From Azolla caroliniana (lineage: Eukaryota; Plantae; Polypodiophyta), in contig JBHGNT010000006.1 in NCBI GenBank assembly GCA_043228905.1, positions 1,302,001-1,366,000 on the forward strand: 64,000 bases of DNA. The letters run 5' to 3'. The position numbers and the translations under genes are program-made. The notes under the pieces are model-generated. The model saw only the letters and a list, made by a program, of their open reading frames with translations, searched no databases and was not told the origin of the DNA. Shown here in pieces: positions 56,046 through 64,000 of this stretch (position 1 is the first letter of the stretch; each line of letters opens with the position of its first letter).

Positions 56046-59000
56046 TGTTGGGTATGTGAGGAAGAGTGGGAAACACACAAGAAGCTCAAAGAAAGAAGCA
56101 CTCACACAAGGAAGGCAATGGCTGGAATAGCTCTCTATTGATGAATGTTCCTAAAAAAAATAGGAGCTGAAGTACTAAGTACCACCACATATGAGTGACT
56201 CATGTATGTGGTAACATGGGGAAAAAACCTCTAGCCAGCACTAGAGTAAAAAGTGCCCATGTATAGGGAAAATGGTTCACATCAAAGCTACTAGAGGAAC
56301 ACGCAAGTGTAACAAACCCCCCTGGAGCGAATGATGTGAACATATGTACAAGGAGTGACAGATCAGCCCCCACAAGGCAATAAGCCTAAAGCTTTGCGAA
56401 AAGCTTCAAACTTTTCTCGTGGAAGAGCTTTGGTGAATATGTCTGCCACGTTATCTTGTGTAGGCACATATACCAAATCAATATCTCCTGCATGAAAGCG
56501 CTCTCTCACATAGTGATAATGCACCTCAATGTGTTTGGTCCGTGCATGAAATACAGGATTTCGTGCAACGGCCAATGCACTCTGACAATCTGTGAGAATA
56601 CGTGTAGCAACTTCAATCTCCATGCAAAGATCCATCAAAAGGCGTCTTAGCCATATACACTCCACTGTAGCTGTGAAAACTGCCCTGTACTCAGCTTCAC
56701 AACTTGATGTCGCCACTGTAGGTTGCTTTTTACTCAACCAAGATATACATGAGTTTCCAAAGAAAAAGCAATTACCACTAGTGGACACGCGAGTATCATA
56801 ACAACCAGCCCAATCACTATCTGTAAAAGCATGCAAGCATGGCTGAGTATCTCTGCCATAAAAGAGACCCAAGCTCAAAGTGCCTCTAAGATATCTGAAC
56901 ACACGTTTCACTGCTTGCCAATGCTTAGTGCCAGGGCTATGCATGAATCGACTCAATTGGGATACTGCATACTGTATATCCGGCCTTGTATTGCATGCAT
57001 ATATAAGACATCCCACAGCTTGTTGATAAAGAGAAGTATCAAACGCATCACTAGAATCCTCAACAGAGAACCTAAATCCTGTCTCCACAGGTGTATAAAC
57101 CGGCTTGCAATCCTCAAAGTCAAAACGCTGAAGTAGTTTTTCAACATACTTTCCTTGATGCATAAACATTCCCCCCTCAACGGATACAAACTGGATGCCA
57201 AGATAGTAGCTCAAAAGACCAAGATAAGTGACTTCAAAAGTATGCTGCAAATCAGCCATAAGAAAATCGAGTTTTGCATCACATGACCCAGTCAAGAGTA
57301 TGTCATCAACATAAAGAACGAGCACTAGAAGATCAGCCCCATCTTTGCGTACATAAAGTGTGCTTTCAATCGGACTACATGTGAAGCCAAGAGAAATCAA
57401 GTGCTTATGGATTTTTTCATACCATGCACGCGGAGCTTGCTTGAGACCATACAAGGCCTTATGCAAGCGACAAACCATATGCTCTTTCTCTTTCGTAAGT
57501 TGCTTCACATAAACCTCTTCTTGCAAATCACCATTTAAAAAGGTTGTTTTTATGTCCAATTGATGCATTTTCCAACCTCTTTGGGCAGCCAATGCAACCA
57601 CGGTACGAATGGTAGTCATGCGTGAAGTAGGTGCAAAAGTTTCCTCATAATCAATGCCATATTGTTGGGCATATCCTTTGGCAACCAATCTAGCTTTGTA
57701 GCGATCAATACTACCATCGGGCTTTCGTTTAATCTTGTAAACCCACCTAGTACCAATCACATTCTTTCCTTTTGGCAATTCACATAACTCCCAAGTACCA
57801 TTTTTATGAATGGAATCCATTTCTGATTGCATAGCACTCATCCAATGTGGATCATCACATGCATCTTCAAAAGTAAGTGGCTCCTCATTACATGCTATTG
57901 CAACAATAGAATAATCCACAAAATTACCTGATGCATGGCGAGAGCTTGATCTTGTTTTACCAAGTAAAGGTGCACTCAATTTGCTATCTTGCAAAGTTTG
58001 TTTCAGCCACCTCGGCATAGTTTGTGACCTCTCGATAGCCATACGTTCATTATGTAATACATCTTCAATATGTACATCATGCGTGGGCTGAATTTCATGC
58101 TCATTTTCAGCCACATTTGGTTGGACATTTCGTGCATTTTCAACACTTATTTGCTGGAAATTTTTATCCCTTTGAGACTCACTTGGCTGGTCTACATGTC
58201 CATGGTCAAGCGCAACACTTTGGAACAAAGGCATGAGTGTATCAAACACATCTTGTGAGCTAACTGTTGGTTGTTTTTTGCATTCAAGAAAAGGGAAAGC
58301 TGAATTTTCAGCAAATACCACATCTCGACTCACAATAATTGTGTCCGTCAATGGATGATACAAACGATATCCCTTACTTTCCGCACTATAACCAACAAAT
58401 ATGCATTTCTTTGCCTTGTCATCAAGTTTGTGACGTTGTTGTGATGGCACAAGAGCATATGCCAAACAACCGAACACACGCATATGACTAACCATAGGTT
58501 TATGTCCATTCCAAGCCTCATATGGCGTAATGACTCTCAACGCTTTTGTAGGGCAACGATTCAACACATAATTTGCACACATAACCGCTTCCATCCAAAA
58601 CTTGTTAGGAAGATGCTTTCCTTTAACCATACATCGTGCCATCTCTAAGAGTGTTCTATTTTTGCGTTCTGCAACACCATTTTGTTGAGGTGTATATGGC
58701 ACCGTACATTAATGTAAAATACCTCTTTCACAAAGAAAAGCATTAAACTCATGTGACATATATTCGCCACCACGATCCGTGCGTAGAGTCAAGAGCTTAT
58801 TTGCGGAAAAATTTTCAGCCATAGCTAAAAATGATTTGAAGCAAGAAAAGACTTCATTCTTTGCTTTCATAGGATACACCCATGTATGACGAGTAGCATC
58901 ATCAATGAAGGTAACAAAATATACATGCTTTCCAAAAGATGGAGTCTTTACAGGACCACACACATCACTATGAACAAGTTGTAATTTTCTTGTAGTGTGT

Positions 59001-61181
59001 GTATGACTATCTTTTGGAAAAGAAGCACGATGCATTTTTCCAAGAATGCAACCTTCACATGCATGTTTTTCAATGGACTCAAGTGTAGGCAACCCAATAA
59101 CCATATCCTTCTTTTGCAAGTGAAGCAAACTATTGAAGTTCAAGTGACCAAAACGAGCATGCCAAAGCTCCATTTCAGCCATGGAAGAAGTATGTACAGC
59201 CAAGGCATTTAGAGAAGCCCTCTTGTATGTATCGAAACGGTACAAGCCATTGCATAATGTACCGGACATCACGATAACATCACCATTGCTATAATCGTGA
59301 ACCATGCACTTATCATCAACAAAATGTACATGAAGTCCGGCTTTGGCAATCAAAGGAACCGAAATTAAGTTCTTCTTGATACCGGGCACATACAATACAT
59401 TCTTTAAGATGACAACACCTCCATTTGCAGCCGAAAGCTCAATTTCTCCTACTCCAATGATAGGATAAGAGGCATTGTTTGCACACACCACATGTCCACC
59501 TTTGGGTGCATCTTTCAAGGATGCAAAAAAACTTTTGCATGAAGTAATGTGCTTTGAAGCACCACTATCAAAGAACCAATCCGAATCAATCTCACTTACA
59601 ACCATACATTTAGAGTGCAATGATGCATCATAATGATATGTAACAACACATGCCCAATAATCTTGAGCCATGTTGGCCCCATCACTCTTTGCACTTGAAA
59701 CATTTTCAGAAATGGTCATGCCGGATTCCTTCTTCTTCTCATTGCGCTTAACAAGCTTTCTACATTCTTCAATCGTATGGCCAACCTTTCGACAATATTT
59801 GCATCTTTTCTTCTTTTGCAAATCACCATCATTAGAGGAATAAGTGAAAGAGGGAGGTTGAGGCTTTGGTTTTGAAGAACCAAAAGCTGAACCATGCTTG
59901 CCTTTTCCTTTTTGTGAGATAGCAAGTGCTTGTGTTCCCTCTATCAAACCACTTCTATTCACTCTAGATTGTTCTTCTTGCAAAAGAAGAGACACAACCT
60001 CATCAAATGCGTACATATCCGTTTTCCCTTTTGCAACCAAACGAATAGTAGTAGCAAAGCTTTGAAAAGATTCGGGTAATCCTTTCAACAACGTAGAGAC
60101 AAGTGATGTATTCGAAATGATCTCATCAATGTTTGCCAATTGCTCTTTCAAATCTTTAATGCGTGTCACATACACATCTACCGACTCATTTTCAGCCATA
60201 TATACATCCTCAAGTTGCTTTCTCAAATATGCAACACGTGCTTCGTTACGCACGGCATACAACGAAGCAAGAGTGTCCCATGCTTGTTTGGACGTAGAGC
60301 ATGACCGAATATGTGGAACTATATGACGCTTCACAGAAAGTGCAATCAATGCATGAGCTTGAGCATCTTTTCCATCCCATCTAAGTTGCTCTTGTGTTGG
60401 TGGAGTAGATGAAGTCACTGTGCTCGAAGATGAACCTGTATCTGTGATAGTAGACTGTGAAGTAGTAGGACCGGCGGGGCGTCGATCTACATCTACCACT
60501 ATGTTCCATAGTTGTTTGGCAACAAGAACGTGTTTCATCATGTAGGACCACATTGGATAGTTTGTCCCATCAAGCTTATCTTCAGCTTGAAGCATGCCAA
60601 CCAAATCACCATTGTTTGCCATTTTACCAAAGAACAAGAAAGTGGTAAAATATTACCTCAACAAATCGGAAATGAGTGCTGAAAATGCAGCTCACAAACT
60701 ATCACTCGGATGACGATTTCGACTACACGAACGGCTTCGAAATGGGGGTAAAACAGCAGGGTACCTGCTGAAAATGCGCTCCAAGTGCTGAAATACACTT
60801 CTCTATATTCGGAAGTTGATTTGCACAATGAAAAGTGCGCGCGCGCCGCGACACCGCGATGCGGACAACCGAAGATGAAGAACTTGGCTCTGATACCACT
60901 GTTGGGTATGTGAGGAAGAGTGGGAAACACACAAGAAGCTCAAAGAAAGAAGCACTCACACAAGGAAGGCAATGGCTGGAATAGCTCTCTATTGATGAAT
61001 GTTCCTAAAAAAATAGGAGCTGAAATATATATCCCTAAGTACTAAGTACCACCACATATGAGTGACTCATGTATGTGGTAACATGGGGAAAAAACCTCTA
61101 GCCAGCACTAGAGTAAAAAGTGCCCATGTATAGGGAAAATGGTTCACATCAAAGCTACTAGAGGAACACGCAAGTGTAACA
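56046..61181 (-). mobile_element. Ty1/copia LTR retrotransposon E nested in the integrase of D
   Basis: LTRs 60900-61181 (5', 282 bp) and 56046-56314 (3', 269 bp). TSD GTCGA (56041-56045 / 61182-61186). PBS on minus at 60887-60898; PPT at about 56315-56323. Confidence 0.97.
56363..60622 (-). pseudogene. Copia E gag-pol polyprotein with one in-frame stop
   Basis: ORFs 58709..60637 and 56363..58702 share a frame and are separated by TAA ([15 protein letters not shown]). All copia domains are present. A short in-frame loss of the usual PPGF follows EEVYVKQ. Confidence 0.92.
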
Positions 61182-61186
61182 GTCGA

Positions 61187-63411
61187 GATGGCTAGGTGTA
61201 TGTTGAAGGCACAAGCGCTGCCCGACCCATTCTGGGCTGAAGCAGTGAACACAGCAGTTTACATCCTCAATCGGAGCTACACGAAGGCACTTCAAGGGAA
61301 AACACCCCAAGAAGCTTATTCAGGCAAGAAACCTTCAGTGCAACTTCAGAATCTTTGGGTGTATGTGCTACGCACATATTCCAGATGTGAGCAAAAAGAA
61401 GTTGGATGCTAAAAGCAAAAAGTGTATCTTTCTCGGATATAGTGAAGAGTCAAAGGCCTATCGACTCTACGATCCAGAGGCAAGAAAGATATTGACAAGC
61501 CGCGATGTGGTGTTCGATGAGGAACAACCACAGCTAGCTGAGAACAACGATTCTCAAGTTATCTCATCAACTGAAGAAGTATTTTACCCAATCCCGACCC
61601 ATTATCCAAAAAAGGAAGCTGAACCATCTGATGGTAATGGTTCACTAGTTCAGCCTATGCCAGTCCCACATGTAAAGAAAATACCTAAGTGGGCTCAACA
61701 ACTCTTCAATGATCATACTCCTAAAGTTGAGTTTCCTGAAACTTCAACTGATGGATTACGAAGATCAAGAAGAATACAGGAGCAAGGAAGAACCTTTGAC
61801 CACATTGTCAACATGGCTCTGATGGTGGACATCATAGGCTCAGTGAGTGAGCCGACCTCGGTGGAGGAAGCTATGGCCGACCCGAAGTGGAAAGAGGCGA
61901 TGATATCAGAATATGATAGCATCATGAAAAATGACACATGGGAGTTGGTAGAGAGGCCAACAAAGAAGAAGGTGATAGGCACGAAGTGGGTATGGAAAGT
62001 AAAGTATAAAGCTGATGGCTCTTTGGAGAAATTCAAGGCCAGGCTAGTAGCGCAAGGATACTCCCAAATTGAAGGGTTCGATGTACAAGAAACATTTGCC
62101 CCGACAGCTCGCATGACAACAATTCGAATGGTCATAGCGTTGGCTGCTTCAAGAGGATGGCCGATTTATCAAATGGATGTCAAATCAGCATTTCTGAATG
62201 GGCATCTCAAGGAGGAGGTATATGTGACACAACCACCGGGGTTTGAGATACCGAATTCAGAAAACAAAGTTTGCAAGCTGAAGAAGGCACTATATGGTCT
62301 AAAGCAAGCACCAAGAGCTTGGAACAAGAGGATAGACAGCTTCTTACGATCAATCGACTTTAAGCAATGTGCTTCGGATGCAAGTATGTATGTCAAAATG
62401 AAGGACGGGAAACAAGTCATCATTATCATTTACGTGGATGATCTAGTACTTACTGGTGACCATGAAGAGTGCATTGGCCAAACACAAGAGTGTTTGAAAA
62501 CTGAGTTTGAAATGACAGACTTGGGGATTCTACACTACTTCCTTGGAATTGAGGTTTGGCAAACCTCGGTCGGCATCTTCATGTCACAAAGAAAGTATGC
62601 AACAGAGATCTTGAAGACCTTCGGGATGATGGATAGCAAGTCGAAGTCGACTCCAATGGAGTCAAACTGCAAGCTATCCCAAGAAGACTCATCACCAATG
62701 GTTGACATAAGGAAGTATAGACAACTAGTAGGAAGTCTAATTTTCCTATGCAACACTAGGCCGGATATTTGTTTTGCAGTCAATGTGGTGAGTCGATTCA
62801 GCAACAAGCCGAAGGAGACTCATTGGAAAGCTGCTCTACGTGTATTAAAGTACATTGTGGGTACTTTAAATTATGGAATCTTCTACAAGCCAACAATTGA
62901 CCAACTTAGTGGATATTGCGACTCCGATTGGGCTGGAGATAGTGATTCCAGAAAATCAGTTTCTGGATATTGTTTTTCAATAGGATCTGGAGCTGTTTCA
63001 TGGAGTAGTAAAAAACAACCAACAGTGGCACTATCTTCAACGGAGGCAGAATACAAAGCAGCATGCATAGCGGCATGCGAGGTAGTTTGGCTAAGAAGAA
63101 TCCTTATGGATGTGGCAGTCCCAATAAGGACGGTAACGGTATTGAGGTGTGACAATCAGAGTTGCATGGCCATTGCCAAGAACCCCGTATTTCATGCACG
63201 TACTAAACACATAGAGATTCAGTATCACTATGTGCGGGAGCTAATAAATGATGAGATTGTGGAGCTTGAGTACTGTCCAACATCAGAAAATGCTGCAGAT
63301 ATCTTCACAAAGGCGCTTGGAGCAGAACAGTTGCAACAACACCTTCGACGACTAGGTGTTGGCCCAATTCCAAGTGAACTCAATGGGTTGATCATTGAGG
63401 GGGCGTGTTAG
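61187..63411 (+). pseudogene. Copia D pol C-part (integrase end, RT, RNase H)
   Basis: EMARCML continues the frame across the TSD of E. One frameshift near 61340. [26 protein letters not shown]. The stop lies inside the 3' LTR. Confidence 0.93.
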
Positions 63412-64000
63412 ATATAATCAATGATCAGCCCCAAGTTGTAAATCTATCCCCATATGTGCTCTTAGAGTGCACATTTTGTGATAGCGCCCCAAATGAGGAG
63501 CGGCTAGTGTGCAACTCGACCATATGGGTCGATAAGGTGTTAATCTAGGAAACCGTAGATGCGTAGGACACAATATATTTAGGAAAGAGAGAAATAGATA
63601 AAAGGATTGGCTAATCAAGTCAGCTAGAATATTTTGTGGGCAAGTTACGATGTACTTAGTCTTGAAGTATGCGTCATTGACTTCAAGATAAGTATTATCT
63701 AGCACTAGCCTGTACCTAGGGAGTTGGGTCATATTAAATGACAAGTCAGTTGACAGAAGAGGAATATCTCCACTACTGTCAACTGACTTGCACATTTATA
63801 CTAAGACCAAACATAGATTATAAGTCACTTTTCTCACACAGTGGTCAGATTGATCATTTGTCCCCACTAATTTTGTAGTGAGCCGGTCCATATCCTATCT
63901 AAGCTCTAAGGTGTGAGCGCATGGGAAAACTACCATTTTGAACTACTCTCATATGTAATAGAAATTCTGTTTTCATATATCCATCTCTGCAGTTGTAACT

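Larger units (their letters stand above)
53442..64000 (+). mobile_element. Young Ty1/copia LTR retrotransposon D (host of E); 3' LTR runs off the window
   Basis: 5' LTR 53442-54074; PBS TGGTATCAGAGC 54075-54086; PPT about 63397-63405; 3' LTR from 63406. Only two LTR mismatches were noticed in the 595 bp that can be compared. Confidence 0.95.

Overview
This is eukaryotic land-plant genomic DNA, AT-rich with short GT-AG introns and Ty1/copia elements primed by tRNA-iMet. A seed-free plant such as a fern is plausible but not proven. A central gene island carries three intact multi-exon genes: SR45a-like splicing factor (minus), an R3H/G-patch protein (plus, head-to-head with SR45a) and a class IV HD-ZIP transcription factor (minus). 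Two nested LTR-retrotransposon stacks flank the island, with boundaries resolved by target-site duplications (TSDs). Left stack: copia A (3476-15686) contains copia B, whose gag-protease block is internally inverted, and a deleted gypsy C with a 4-bp TSD. Right stack: young copia D (53442 to window end) contains copia E. The window also holds an MDR-family oxidoreductase pseudogene with a Mutator-type MITE, two hAT MITEs, two related solo LTRs, L1-like LINE fragments and many local tandem duplications. The best leads are (i) a promoter-like module 3' of the HD-ZIP IV gene with two GCATT(A/T)AATGC palindromes followed by an orphan ORF, (ii) the base-paired HD-ZIP IV 3'-UTR motif pair, (iii) the inversion inside copia B, and (iv) two independent nested insertions within about 50 bp of the same integrase motif. 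No CRISPR, rRNA or tRNA gene was seen, and no new biological system can be established from the sequence alone.
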